Assembly (NCBI GenBank): GCA_052327205.1
Contig: CM126220.1
Span: 10,850,001 to 10,914,000 of the forward strand
Length of the DNA: 64,000 nt
Source of the DNA: Somniosus microcephalus
Taxonomy: Eukaryota
Reading direction: 5' to 3'
Shown in pieces: positions 24,411 to 36,792 of the stretch. Numbering within the stretch: the stretch's first letter is position 1; every line of letters begins with the position of its first letter. Made by a program: the position numbers and the translations under genes. A model generated the notes under the pieces. It worked only from the letters and a program-made list of their open reading frames with translations. It was not told where the DNA came from and did no database searches.

Positions 24411-25579
24411 GGTTGTAGAAGGAGTCTTCGTAAATGCTTTACCATATGTTTAATCATTTGGAACAGCCCTGTCGGTTATGCTTCATGAAGAAAAGGATTA
24501 TTTCTGATCTCCTTTTGCCTCTGTTGTATAAATAGAATTGTACCCTTGAAATAGTTAAAGGCTTATTTTCTTTATGGTGGATGTAGACAAGTGGTTTCAA
24601 TTGTTTGACCTTAACAAAAGGAAGTGATTTCTTGTGAAACTTTGAGATGTTCTGAGGCCATGAGCTGGGCCTCAGCTCAGTCACTGTTTCCTATTCAGAA
24701 GCTGTAGTCTAAGATTGGGGTGGCAAGGAGGGGGGTGTAAGAGAATGCTGACCTAGTGCAGGCGCCAGGGTAGTTATGTTGTTCAGTTGACTAGTACATG
24801 TTGGGCTATATCATTTGGATCATCTCAGGAAGTCACCTGTCAAACATGACATCAGTCAAATGAGGAGATAGGAAGTTGATTGTGTTTTATTAACAAAAAC
24901 TCATTTTGTCACCAGTTACAAAGCAGTGAGGATACTGAAACAGTATTACCTATGAAAACACTGATTTCTTGGCAGCAATTTGGTTTGTTTGTTTTTTTTT
25001 GTTTGAATGGGTGCTTTCAGATAACATGGAATTTGTTCTGCGACCATTTCCTCCTAAATTGTTTTGCACTTAATAAAAGTGTGCTATTTTTCTGGCTTTC
25101 AACTGTGTTTTTAGTGTAGGTCAAAAGGACTTGCCACCTCCCACCTCCCTAATCTGTATCTATGTTTGACATTTGTCCTATCTAATAATAACAGTGCTAT
25201 TTCACCTTCACTGATAATTTGGTGAAGTTTTAGATAGTTGACACCAAAAAGCTGAGTTTGAATTTCACTGAATTCTGAAATTGGAAGTGAAAATGTAGTT
25301 CTTAGCAAGGCTGGAGTGGCAATCCATTACCTTCGCAAATTTACTACATGCTGTGTTTTGAGGATGAGAAATGCAGGGGGAAGGTTGGAAGGATATTTTA
25401 GTTATCTTATGTTCATGTAAATTTTCATTTTAGTCACATTTGTACACGTTAAAATGGAGAATGTATTCACTGTTATTTATCAGCATTGTATTTAAGCAAG
25501 TTAGTATTTTTTCTAGTTTGAAACGCCCTTACCCAAAGGTGCTTATTAATTTCTCAAGTACAGATACATAAGCGCAAAT

Positions 25580-25890
25580 ATCCTATGGTACCTTGCCAAA
25601 GTGCCATTCTTTGTGTGAGCCTGGACAGTGAGTGCCAGCAGGTTATTCAGCTGCAAGGGGCATCACAGTTAGCCCAGTCCGATCTTCAGCTACAAGTCCA
25701 CACACATTCCCTTCCAGCAGCAGAGAACCTTGGTTACTGTTTACCTCCAATCCCAAAAAGGAATATTGAGATCCAACTGTTGGGCTACCACCACTGACCC
25801 AACTGAGATTAGCTAACTCAGAATAGACCAGGTATCAAACCTGGAATCATCTTAGTCTGTACAATAACTCAGTACTACATCACATGGTGC
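25580..25890 (-). mobile_element. AmnSINE2-like old SINE
   Basis: CAAAGTGCCATTCTTTGTGTGAGCCTGGACAGTGAGTG..CTGAGATTAGCTAACTCAG. Confidence 0.65.
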
Positions 25891-26191
25891 CTGGGCTAGT
25901 ATAGGAGAGGAAATCAGCAATGGTTCCCTGAACCCAATCCAGTGGTCCTTACTGGAACTTACACGTGTGTTGATGTTGGGTAAAAGTAGAAACGGGCTTG
26001 GCTGTGAAAACCACTGCAGTTGCAGAGCCCGCTGGCAGTTAAAGTCTTGACTCTCGTGAAGATTGGCTGCTTGGGCATGATGCATTCTTATCCATTGTTT
26101 GGATGAGAAACTAAAACCGGGTTCTGTCTGCATGTGGACAAAAAAATCTCAAGGCTCTATTCAAAGAAGTGCAAGGAATTCTCCCAAAAAA

Positions 26192-27430
26192 TTTTGAGGA
26201 TGTAACTGGTAAAATAGATAAGGGAGAACCAGTGGATGTGGTATATTTGGACTTTCAGAAGGCTTTCGATAAGGTCCCGCATAAGAGGTTAGCGTGTAAA
26301 GTTACGGCACATGGGATTGGGGGCAAGGTATTGACTTGGATAGAAAACTGGTTGGCAGACAGAAAGCAAAGAGTTGGAATAAACGGGTCTTTTTCCAAGT
26401 GGCAGGCAGTGACTAGTGGGGTACCGCAGGGATCGGTCCTTGGACCCCAGCTATTCACAATATATATTAATGCTCTAGACGAGGGAACTAGATGTAATAT
26501 CTCCAAATTTGCAGATGACACAAAGCTGGGTGGGCATGTGTGCTGTGAGGAGGATGCCGAGAAACTCCAGGATGATTTGGACAGGTTGGGTGATTGGGTA
26601 GAAGCATGGCAGATGCAATATAACATGGATAAATGTGAGGTTATCCACTTTGGTGGCAAAAACAGGAAGGCACATTATTATCTGAATGGCAATAGATTGG
26701 GCGAAGGGGAAGTGCAACGAGACCTGGGTGTCCTTGTGCACCAGTTGCTGAAGGTAAGCATGCAGGTGCAGTAAGCGGTTAAGAAGGCAAATGGTATGTT
26801 GGCCTTCATAGCGAGAGGCTTTGAGTACAGGAACAAGGATGTCTTGCTGCAGTTGTACAGGGCCTTGGTGAGACCACATCTTGAGTATTGTGTGCAGTTT
26901 TGGTCGCCTTATCTGAGGAAGGATGTTCTTGCCATGGAAGGAGTTCAGCGAAGATTCACCAGGCTGATACCTGGGATGGCAGGTATGACGTATGAGGAGA
27001 GATTGGGTCAATTGGGCTTGTACTCGCTGGAGTTTAGAAGAATGAGAGGGGATCTCATTGAAACTTATAAAATTCTAACAGGACTAGACAGACTAGATGC
27101 AGGAAGGATGTTCTCGATGGTCGGGGAGTCCAGAACCAGGGGTCACAGTCTAAGGATAAAGGGTAGGCCATTTAGGGCAGAGATTAGGAGGAATTTCTTC
27201 ACCCAGAGAGTGGTGAACCTGTGGAATTCTCTACCACAGAAGGCAGTAGAGGCCAATTCATTAAATATATTCAAGAAGGAGTTGGATATATTTCTTAAGG
27301 CTAAAGGGATCAAGGGGTATGGGGAGAAAGCAGGGACCGGGTACTGAATTTGGATGATCAGCCATGATCACATTGAATGGCGGAGCAGGCTCGAGGGGCC
27401 GAATGGCCTACTCCTGCTCCTATGTTTCTA
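26192..27430 (+). mobile_element. CR1 LINE, young 5'-truncated copy with RT domain
   Basis: VYLDFQKAFDKVPH, GVPQGSVLGP, FADD motifs; a single in-frame TAA at 26772-26774 separates ORFs 26169-26774 and 26796-27347; CR1 tail. Confidence 0.97.
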
Positions 27431-27630
27431 TTGTCTTAGCCAACATTCCTCCCTCAACCAGCATCACCAAAAACAGTTTATCTAGTCGTTCATTTTTCCA
27501 TTCGTGGGATCTTGCTGTGAAAATACTGGTTACCACATGTCCATATGTGACAAAAATCACTGCACTTCAAAATGGACTCACTAATTGTGAAGTCCTTTGC
27601 GATATGCTGAGGACATGGTAAGATGCTATA
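27431..27630 (+). mobile_element. DeuSINE 3' half
   Basis: GCCAACATTCCTCCCTCAACCAGCATCACCAAAAACAG..tail. Confidence 0.75.
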
Positions 27631-28210
27631 TGCCCAGCGGCACAGGCACGAATGGCCTCCTTCTGTGCTGTATCTTTCTATGAAGGCAAATTTGTTTAAT
27701 TTTATTGGAGTTTGGAACTGTGCCCCAGCGAGTGAGTCAGCGCCTTCAGGTGGGCAGGGAGAAGAAAACTTGAGGGAAATATTATGACTATCAAAGCCGT
27801 TCCATCTCAAATACTGTGTCATCAAATGTAAAAGCTAATCCTACCAAACTGAGGATTTATCTTGTTTTCAAGAATTGCCCTTCAAAACTGTTAGCCATTT
27901 ATAGTAATTTTGTCACTGTAAGTAAGTTAATTGACACTAAAGTTTGGTGGCTTTATCTGACTGTCCATGTGGCTATCTGAGAAGGTTCCGTTCATTCAGA
28001 AATGATTGAGTTAGCACTGTATGAAAATCTGTTTTGATACACTAGCTTTTATACTTGGAACAATTGCTGCAAGTTGTTCTCTGACAAGAGAGAGTTACTT
28101 TGGAAACGCAGTGTCCATCAGGTTCGTTCTTCCTCCTGTATCTAGCCTTAATTCTCAGCTGTTGCTCAGTGGGTGGCACTCTCGCCTCTGAGTCAGAAGG
28201 TCGTGGGTTC

Positions 28211-30060
28211 TGAATGCACATAGCATTCGAAACAAAACTGATAGCGCAAATAGAAATAAATAAATATGATCTGATAGCCATTACAGAAACACGGCTGCAG
28301 GATGACATAGATTGGGACCTGAATATTGAAGGGTACATGACATTTAGGAAGGACAGAAAGGTGGAGGGGTGGCTCTGTTAATTAATGATGGTACAGGTAG
28401 ACTATCCTTTATCCGAAAACCTCGGGACCAGCCGTGTTTCGGTTTTCGGAAAATTTCGGATTTCAGAAGGTATTTTATAAGACTGGGAAATTTGTCGGGG
28501 GTGGGGGTTGGCGGGGGGTCGGGGTCGGCGGGGGGGGGGTCGGCGGGGGGTCGGGGTCGACGGGGGTTCGGGGTGGGGGCCGGCGGGGGGTCGGGGGCGG
28601 GGGGGGGGGGGGAGAAAAGAATATCGGACAGGCCGCTGCAGCTATCGGACGGGCCGCTGTATTGTTGGGTTCACTCTCCCGGTACCTCCTTCACACTGCC
28701 CGGCTCGGCCTGCAATCTCCTACCCAGGAGGGAACTCTGTGACCCTCTGCCCTGCTCAGCGTAAGTCGTGCGCCACTCTGGTCATGTCGTGCGCACGACT
28801 TAGGCTGAACGAAAAAACTTTCGGTTTTTAGAGGTTTTCGGAAGTTCGGATAAAGGATAGTCTACCTGTATTAGCACAATAGAGAGGGATGACCGAAGTT
28901 CAGGAAACCAGGATGTAGAAGCAGTTTGGGTAGAGATGAGAAATAATAAAGGCAAGAAGTCACTTGTGGGAATGGTGTACAGGCCCCCCAACAGTAACCA
29001 CATGGTAGGATGGAGTATAAAGGAAGAAATAATGGGAGCTTGTCAGAAGGGTACGGCAATAATCATGGGGGATTTTAATTGCATATAGTCTGGAAAAATC
29101 AGATGGGCAAAGGTAGCATAGATGAGTTCATGGAATGTTTTCGGGATAGTTTCTTAAAACAGCACGTTCTGGAGCCAACCACAGAGCAGGTTATACTAGA
29201 CCTGGTATTGTGCAACGAGATAGGATTAATTAATGACTTCATAGTGAAGGCGCCTCTAGGTAGCAGCGATCATAATATGATTGAATTTTACATTCAGTTT
29301 GAGAGAGAGAAGAGTGGGTCCAAAACTAGTATTTTAAACTTAAATAAGGGCTATTATGAGGGCATGAAAGCAGAGCTAGTTAAAGTGAACTGGCAAATTA
29401 GGTTAAGGGATAGGTCAGCAGAATTGCAGTGGCAGACATTTAAGGGGATATTTCAAAATATACAGAATATATACATTCCAACAAGAAAGAAAAATTCCAA
29501 GGGGAGGACCCACCATCCGTGGTTAACTAAGTATTGGTCTCCTTATTTAAGGAAGGGTGTAAATGCGTTGGAAGCAGTTCAGAGAAGGTTTACTAGACTA
29601 ATACCTGGAATGGGCGGGTTGTCTTATAAGGAAAGGTTGGACAGGCTAGGCTTGTATCCGGTGGAGTTTAGAAGAGTAAGAGGTGACTTGATTGAAACAT
29701 ATAAGATCCTGAGGGATCTGGACAGGGTGGATGTGGAGAGGATGTTTCCTCTTGTGGGAGAATCTAGAACTAGGGGTCACTTTAAAAATAAGGGGTTGCC
29801 CATTTAAGACAGAGATGAGGAGAAATTTTTTCTCAGAGGGTCGTGAGTCTTTGGAACTCTCTTCCTCAGAGGGCGGTGGAAGCAGAGTCTTTGAATATTT
29901 TTAAGGCAGAGGTAGATAGGTTCTTGATAAGCAAGGGGGTGAAAGGTTATCGGGGGTAGGCGGGAATGTGGAGTAATCGGATCAGCCATGATCTTCTTGG
30001 ATGGCGGAGCAGGCTCGAAGGGCCGAGTAGCCTACTCCTAATTCGTATGTTTGTATGTTC
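28211..30060 (+). mobile_element. CR1 LINE with endonuclease region and internal deletion of RT
   Basis: LNAxSIRNK start, ITETRL, GGGVALLI, YRPP, MGDFN, LDLVL, SDH motifs; junction PWLTK|YWSPYLRK at ~29530; tail TTCGTATGTTTGTATG. Confidence 0.95.
28394..28868. mobile_element. Tc1/mariner pogo (Tigger/Zombi-like) MITE, copy 2, inserted in CR1
   Basis: TA duplicated; perfect 24-bp TIR CAGGTAGACTATCCTTTATCCGAA; removing it restores the CR1 frame ALLINDGISTIERDD. Confidence 0.95.
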
Positions 30061-32019
30061 AAGTCCCACTCCAGAGACTTGAGCACAAAAATCTAGGCTG
30101 ACACTCCAGTGCAGTACTGAGGGAGTGCTACACTGTCAGAGGTGCCGTCTTTCGAATGAAACATTAAACCGAGGCCCTGTCTGCCCTCTCGGGTAAAAGA
30201 TTCCACAGCACAATTTCAAAGAAGAGCAAGGGAGTTATCCCGGTCTCCTGGCCAATATTTATCCCTCAATCAACATCACTAAAAACAGATTATCTGGTCA
30301 TTATCACATTGCTGTTTGTGGAAGCTTGCAGTGTGAAAATTGGCTGCCGCGTTTCCTACATTACAGCAGTGACTACACTTCAAAAATTACTTCATTGGCT
30401 GCAAAGTGCTTTGGGACGTCCTGAGGTCATGAAAGACGCTATATAAATGCAAGCCTTTCTTTTAGAGACTAGGATAACTATGGATGAACTGCTAAGTATA
30501 ATTTAAAACATACGTGTGTTGAAGTAGTGTTGTTAATGAGCACATAAGAGACATAGGTACTTATAGGCATGAATGAAATCCGGTTTTGTTTTTCAACAGT
30601 ATTTTATGTTGTCCACCTCTCCCCCTCCCATCCCCCACCTCCTGTGCCTGCTCATGTAAATTATAGCTTTGGGAGAGATACAAACTACAATTTCTTTCTT
30701 CTGTCAGAATGAAACCCTAAACAGAAGTGTGTCACCACTGTATTTGTCAGCCTGATCCGCCTCTCGAAAGAACAGCTGGAAGCCTGTTCCTAGCACATTC
30801 ATTACAGTGCCACTGTAATTAAGAGGTTTTCTTAAATTATAGCTTTGCTTTCCTTTCAGATGTTCTTTAACAAGGCGGTCTACAAAGGTGTTAGTGTATA
30901 GTATTCATCATTGTCAGGCAGGGCTAATTACAGGCCCATAAATCACAGGAGTGACCTGCTAGGCCTGTATTACCAGAAGCTGCGAAAATAACTTTGTTTT
31001 GTGGGTGGGGGGGTTTAGGAGACTCTGAGTTCAAGGTAAAATGTAGTGAAGTTAACAGCTTGACGACACTGTATTTTTTGTCCTGTACGGGAGCTGGAAT
31101 ATTTTACACTATTAAGACTTGAAATATTAATGTTCATTAATGGTGTCATTCAGCCATTTTAAATGATTATACTTTTAAGTCTCTCTTGGGTGAGCAGGAG
31201 AATTTTTAATGAAATGTTCTTCTTTGCCTGACCTGCTGTAATACTACAGGAATGCCATTTTTATTAGGCAGGTTTATGGCGTTCATTACTCCACTACTTG
31301 AGCTACTTCATGGTCACTATAAATTTGAACTACAGATGAAAATAAAAAAGCATAGCTTTCCCAGGGCAAGCTAGCTCTGCCTTTGACCTTTAGGTTGTCA
31401 CAGAAGGATTAACAGTAAAGTGGTGTGAGGTGGCCCAGGGTAAAGGATGAACGTGGTAAAGCAAGAGATTTGCAATTCCAGTGAGCACTACCTTTCACCT
31501 TGACTTGTTACCTGCTAACTTTGCCTGCCAGAAAAGGACATTAACTCCAGTTCGGTGACAGCTGCTCTCTCCGAGGTAGTCATTAGCTCAAATGGCCTAA
31601 CTCAGCAGCAAGCCACTGTCTACCCCAGACAGTGTGCTGTTTTTGTGTGGGAGAGCACGCACACACACCAGTGACTATTTGAGTGATGTAAAGGAACAGT
31701 TATTTAAATGAACGAAATTAAATTCTTTATTAGATCGTTCGACAAAGGCTTCATGAATTCAAATGGCAATTTTGAGGAATTTTATGCAAATTCAAATACA
31801 AACCTGATATTTGTGCAATTCAGTAATTTATTAAGCAAATAATGAATGTAGCTAAACTCCCATTTGTTGAAATATATTCTAGTTTGAATATGAACTTTTA
31901 AAATTATATTTCTGATGAAAAAATATTTTTTGAACATATTACACCTTTTAAAGACCTCTTGATGTTGCATTCAATAAATCATAGGGTTTGTTTAGCTATG
32001 TAAAAGGAGTTTGTTAAGT

Positions 32020-32466
32020 AATAAACAACAGCAACTTGCATTTATATTATCAGACAAACATGGGCTCAAGTCAAAGAAGGAAATGTTAGGAGTTCTGACC
32101 AAAAGCTTGGTCAAAGAGTTGGGTTTTAAGGAGGACAACAAAGGGGTGAAGGAATTCCCGAGTGCGGGGCCGAGGAAGCTGAAGACATCACTGCCATGGC
32201 GGATGCACTATAGGCTCAAGTCAGAGGAACGAAGGTTCACATCGTACTGCATGCCTTCATCTGTCTAGGCTCTAAGCTCTGGAATTCCCTTTCCACCTCT
32301 CTCCTCCTTTAAGACGCACCTTAACACCTACCTCATTGACCAAGCTTTTGGTCATCAGTCCTAATGTCTCCTTCTTTGGCTTGGTGTCAATTTTTTGTCC
32401 TCCAGTGAAGCGCTTTGGGACGTTTTACTAGGTTAAAGGCGCTATATAAATACACGTTGTTGTAAA
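32020..32466. mobile_element. Two L2 3' fragments in opposite orientations
   Basis: Minus tail ACAACAGCAACTTGCATTTATAT..GACCAAAAGCTTGGTC (32025-32230) and plus fragment CTCTGGAATTCCCT..GACCAAGCTTTTGGTCA..AAAGGCGCTATATAAAT (32255-32460). Confidence 0.75.
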
Positions 32467-32559
32467 CAATGTTCCCACATGCGTGGATTTTCTATTTAAA
32501 AGCTGGGTTACCGGCTGTGCGGGACCCGCAGAGCGCTGCACAGCTTAAAGGGAACATTG
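32467..32559. mobile_element. 93-bp hAT MITE
   Basis: TIR CAATGTTCCC / GGGAACATTG with a perfect 8-bp TSD GTTGTAAA. Confidence 0.92.
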
Positions 32560-32749
32560 GTTGTAAATGTATATAAACATTCAGAAATATCGTAATAAGG
32601 ATCCATGAGTAGCACGAGAGTGATGCTGCGCACTATAGTAGCAAATTACAGCACCCCGCACTGGGAGGATGCAACTCCAATCTCCCTCTCGACTCCATTC
32701 TCTTCCTGAATCATGCGCTGTAGCACTCCCAAGCCACACTCACTTTCAG

Positions 32750-32799
32750 GAAATCAGGCAAAGAGGTGGTCTGAGACCAGACTGTTCAGCTGCAGTGGT
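32750..32799 (+). other. Candidate short exon
   Basis: Acceptor CTCACTTTCAG, donor GT|GTGAGT; EIRQRGGLRPDCSAAV, phase 0 to phase 2. Confidence 0.2.
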
Positions 32800-33384
32800 G
32801 TGAGTGCATGGCTTTCAATGGAGTGCAAATACTTTGAGGAGAGGAAAAGCACAGACAATAAGGATCTGATTAATTTAATTATGGAATCTAACATTACATT
32901 TAGGAATTGACAAAACCAAAGTTTAGTTCACAGGGTTCATGAATTGAATTGAAGTTGGCAGCAGGAATATTGTATGGGGTATTTTCGCACTGCATTATTG
33001 TGAAGTTCCAGGCAGAGTGACAGCTCCGGATGGCTCACAATAAAACTGCTTTTATATTGCTGTAATGCCGTCAACACCTGACTTGTCTGTCTCACACGGC
33101 ACGCAGCTACACAAAGTAAAGATTCGCTGAAGGCCACCTGGGTCTTTCTGGCCAGTTTGGCCTTTGTGAATCTGGCAGCCACGATTATACAAGACCCAGG
33201 AGTTGGGAGCAAGAGGCACCAGCGCAGCATTACGCGCAATAAAGAAACACCTTAAGACTGATGTACAGAGCTGCTGTTTTTGAGCCACAGCAAATAATTT
33301 GACGACTTCCCTTCTAGCCCTGGCTTATCTTCTTGCAGTATATATTCTTGCCTTTTCCCTCTCCCACATCTCCCTTCCAGACAT

Positions 33385-33492
33385 TGGGGATAATTTTAAC
33401 TTTGATGTAAAATGAGTGATATCAGATGGGCCGCCCACTGTACACCCTGCTCGATTTTCCTTTCCAATCCGATATCGCCCATTTTAGACCCT
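33385..33492. repeat. Small palindromic MITE remnant
   Basis: TAAAATGAGTGATATCAGAT ... ATCCGATATCGCCCATTTTA inverted arms. Confidence 0.5.
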
Positions 33493-34207
33493 TTGTTTCT
33501 TAGCTAAGAGGACAGTCGAGGAATCTGCACTTGGCCTCTGTCAGTGCCCATCTTTTTTTTTTGTTTTCTTATGGACAAGTGACTGCCTACCCCAGAAATA
33601 AAAATGATCTTAAAACCAGTTAGATGTTAAGTGTTGCTGTTGTTATTAGCCCTAGATCCTACTTATTGCAGTTAGCTGTCAGTCAAGTGTCAACAAATGC
33701 TGGAGCTGGCCGATGACAGTTACTTCAAACTCCAATGAAAACAGCTAGAATGGCTTTTATCTGTCCGCTTTAGCTGGAAATTGCATGTAATGGCCAAACT
33801 TGAATAGTTAGACATCACCCATCAACAGCTGTTAGGAGTTATGTACAATGACCGTAATGTTGCAGAAGCCAGTTAGACAACATGTAATGTTATTTGCACA
33901 ACAGACACCAGCAAAAAAAGCCTCAGGATGAACATAACAGTCACACTCACCTGGAGATTGGAACTGAAGTGTTGAAAAGGGGGTGAAAGCTGGATGAAAG
34001 ACTTAAATTTCTAACTGTATTGGGGCCTTACATTAATTCTGTTGTGCTGGACCTTGACTAAGACACACAATTTCAAATTTCAGCCCAGATGGGCAGCTTC
34101 ACAGATCATAATCAGAATAGAGGGAGGGGTAAACTGACTTTTGATTGAAGTCCCTTTCCACACCCCTCAAGGTCACTTTTAGATGGCTTTACTAAAGAGG
34201 TAATGTT

Positions 34208-34350
34208 GAACATAAGAAATAGGAGCAGGAGTAGGCCATTCAGCCCTTCGTGTCTGCTCCGCCATTCAGTAAGATCATGGCTGATCTTCTACCTCAACTG
34301 CACCTTCCCGCTTTATCCCGAATCCCTGGATTCCCTTTGTATCTAAAATG
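34208..34350 (-). mobile_element. CR1 3' end fragment
   Basis: GAACATAAGAAATAGGAGCAGGAGTAGGCCATTCAGCCC is the reverse complement of the CR1 tail. Confidence 0.88.
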
Positions 34351-35897
34351 ATAGCGTCCGTAGAGATCCTCCGAGCTGGGAAAGTGTTGAACTAGTGTTT
34401 GATCCAGGTAGCATGGCTCGAGTGGCTCAAAACACGCCTTAAAAAATACTATAACATGGATTTATTTCGGACAAAAATTTCTCATGCCAACCTGATCTCA
34501 GCCCTTGCAGGGCAACACAAAATATTGGCTTTAATGCTGTTCGAGTGCCACTGGCTCCTGTTTTTTAAACTGGGTCCTCCCAGCCACTGGCCTTTGCAAA
34601 TCCAGCAAGTTGCAAGATCTGCATGTCAGGACAAACAAGCAGCATGCCAGTAAGTTAATACAAAGGTAGCTACCTTCAGTCAAGCTTGTAGTAGCTCTCA
34701 TCCAAATTGTCTAAATTCAAATCCAGACCGCTTTTTATGTGAAGGTTTCTATCTGGATATAATTCGCCAACCCCCTCCTACCTAATACCTTTTATTTTCA
34801 ACACCTATAAAAGCCAATTTTCAGAGCAAATTAAGAAAAAAAATCAGTGTCAAAGCAAATATAAAGGGTCAGATACTCCACGTGCCAATTCCAGTGCCAA
34901 TAGTAAGCTCCCTGACGGTGCAGTGTTGGCGTGAGGCCTCTGAGATGCATCTTAGTCTCTGTACTTTGCAGCTCATGGTACTTTTCCTGAGTGCATTCAA
35001 CCCCAGCTTCATTTGATTGCTGAATTAGGTGTTTTGACAAATGTACCATTATGAAAATTGTAATCAAATTACCAAGTAACAACTGCAGGCTTACAGGAAA
35101 CCCAAAGCAACATTGATAGCTGATGTGAATGGTGGGTGTGATGAGCATTTGCAGGTGTGCATCCTTCATTTGCATACCTGGCACTCATTTCAACTTGGAT
35201 TTGCACACAGGGTTTCACTTATAACAAATAATTTTCAAAATGCACATTTGGGCAGCCTTCTTATTTCTATTAGTAACGCAGATACTCCTAAATGACCTTT
35301 TTGATAGCGTTTTTGTTGCATTTACTGCATGGGATTAATCTTGAGCAGTGAAAGAGTTAAGATGCATGATACTTAATGATGACCATAACAGAGAGGGTGA
35401 GCAACTTTAATGCTTTTAAATCTGAAATTCTTTTGCACTGTAAGGCTCATCCCAAACTGCCAGTGGGGTGCCAGTTTGTTGGATGCCAAGTCATGTACCA
35501 GTTGCTTCTTGGAAGTTCTGCCTGATTTCAAAAAGTTTAACAAACGTGGATCCTGTTTTCACCATAAGTCAGTTCAGCATTTACTCAGGGTTTTAAACCA
35601 TGGAATCAGGCTGGGTTGAAAGGTACTTGAAAACCTCAGACTTATAATTTGAGTGCATCTAAACTTGAGTGTGGAACAGTCAGCCTGGAAGAATCTGCAT
35701 TGGTGCTATTTTTTAGTAAACAAACCAGGAGTGCTTAAGGGGTGTTAATGTCAATTCCATCCTCTAACCTCCTAGTCAGTTCTTTCATGATTATCTGGCA
35801 AAAAGATAGCTAAGCTACCCCAGAAGACGCAGTGTGTGATTACCAATCAAGATCGGATTTGAGTTTGCCTCTTTGTCAGGGGTCCAATGCTGGAAGG

Positions 35898-36045
35898 ATG
35901 GAAGGAACCGAGACTTAACAACCTGCAAGGGAATAGTATCGACAATAAAGTGAGGTGGATGCTTGCCTTTTCCTGCCCGTCTCTTCACAGTGTGCAACTC
36001 CAAAGTGAAAATCTGCCTTTTAGAGTATTTGACTGGAACCTGAAA
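35898..36045 (+). repeat. Dispersed ~150-bp direct repeat, copy 1
   Basis: Highly similar to 37243-37397. Confidence 0.92.
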
Positions 36046-36569
36046 TTTTAATAAGCTTATTCTCTTCCCTCTCCTCCCCCACCCCATTTTGTAAAATGGA
36101 GACTTGCAGCTGGGCCGCATTCTCACTTTAGAGAGGGAATAGGAATATTAGGAGCTGTGATTCTGTTGTAATGTGATGGAAAGACATTTTTTCAATTCTA
36201 CCAAACAAGGCTTTATTTTATTTTCTCTTAAATTTTTCTCTTGACTTATGCTGAAGAGAAGGATCTGTGAGCACCAGCCATCTTCCAGCATCTTGCCCAA
36301 GTGGCAAAACTTCACGTTTGAGCCTAAATCCAAATAGTGTTGACAGACTGTTGTACCATGAGAGGCATGACAGCCAAGCCCAATCTTGTCCTCAACCAAC
36401 ATGTACACAAGCACATTTTCCAGCAGGAATCACTGGACAGCAATTTGAAGGGACAAATCTGGTTGTTTTTCTCCCCTAACCCAGATGGAGAGGCCAATTG
36501 TAAGTGCTTCTACAGCCACCCAGGCTGAGATCAGCTCATTCTGCACAGACTAGAAGCTGTTACAAACAA

Positions 36570-36792
36570 ACCGCAAAATACTGCAGATGCTGGAAATCTG
36601 AGAACAAAAACAAAAAAAACTGGAAATACTCAGCAGGTCGGTCAGGCAGCATCTGTGGAGAAACAGATGCCAGTCAGTCGACGTTTCAGGTCTTCCTGAG
36701 TCCTGAGGAAGGGTCTTAAGATCTGAAACGTCGACTTACTGACTTCTGTTTCTCTGCAGATGCTGCCTGAGTATTTCCAGCTTTTTCTGTTC
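36570..36792. mobile_element. Penelope-like element-derived palindromic (pseudo-LTR) repeat
   Basis: AAATACTGCAGATGCTGGAAATCTG..; long inverted arms CAGGCAGCATCTGTGGAGAAACAGA / TCTGTTTCTCTGCAGATGCTGCCTG. Confidence 0.78.
36697..36738 (+). ncRNA. Minimal type I hammerhead ribozyme motif (Penelope-associated)
   Basis: TGAGTC-CTGAGGA-A-GGGTC-TTAA-GATCT-GAAA-CG-TC-GACTTA: stem I 6 bp, CUGANGA core, stem II 5 bp with G-U pairs, GAAA, palindromic ACGT stem III, GUC cleavage triplet. Confidence 0.6.

Larger units (their letters stand above)
28156..30462 (+). mobile_element. DeuSINE split by a CR1 insertion (head 28156-28210, body 30061-30462)
   Basis: Head ends GTCGTGGGTTC and resumes AAGTCCCACTCCAGAGACTTGAGCAC, restoring the B-box. 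Confidence 0.93.

Noticed and set aside
26169-27347. Long ORFs as host genes (also 7980-8492, 56030-56854, 58603-59064)
   Set aside because: All are LINE ORF2 fragments, 5'-truncated or disrupted, and not autonomous
28156-28210. tRNA-like sequences with A/B boxes (also ~3820, ~9530, ~11050, ~42760)
   Set aside because: They are SINE heads continuing into SINE bodies, not stand-alone tRNA genes
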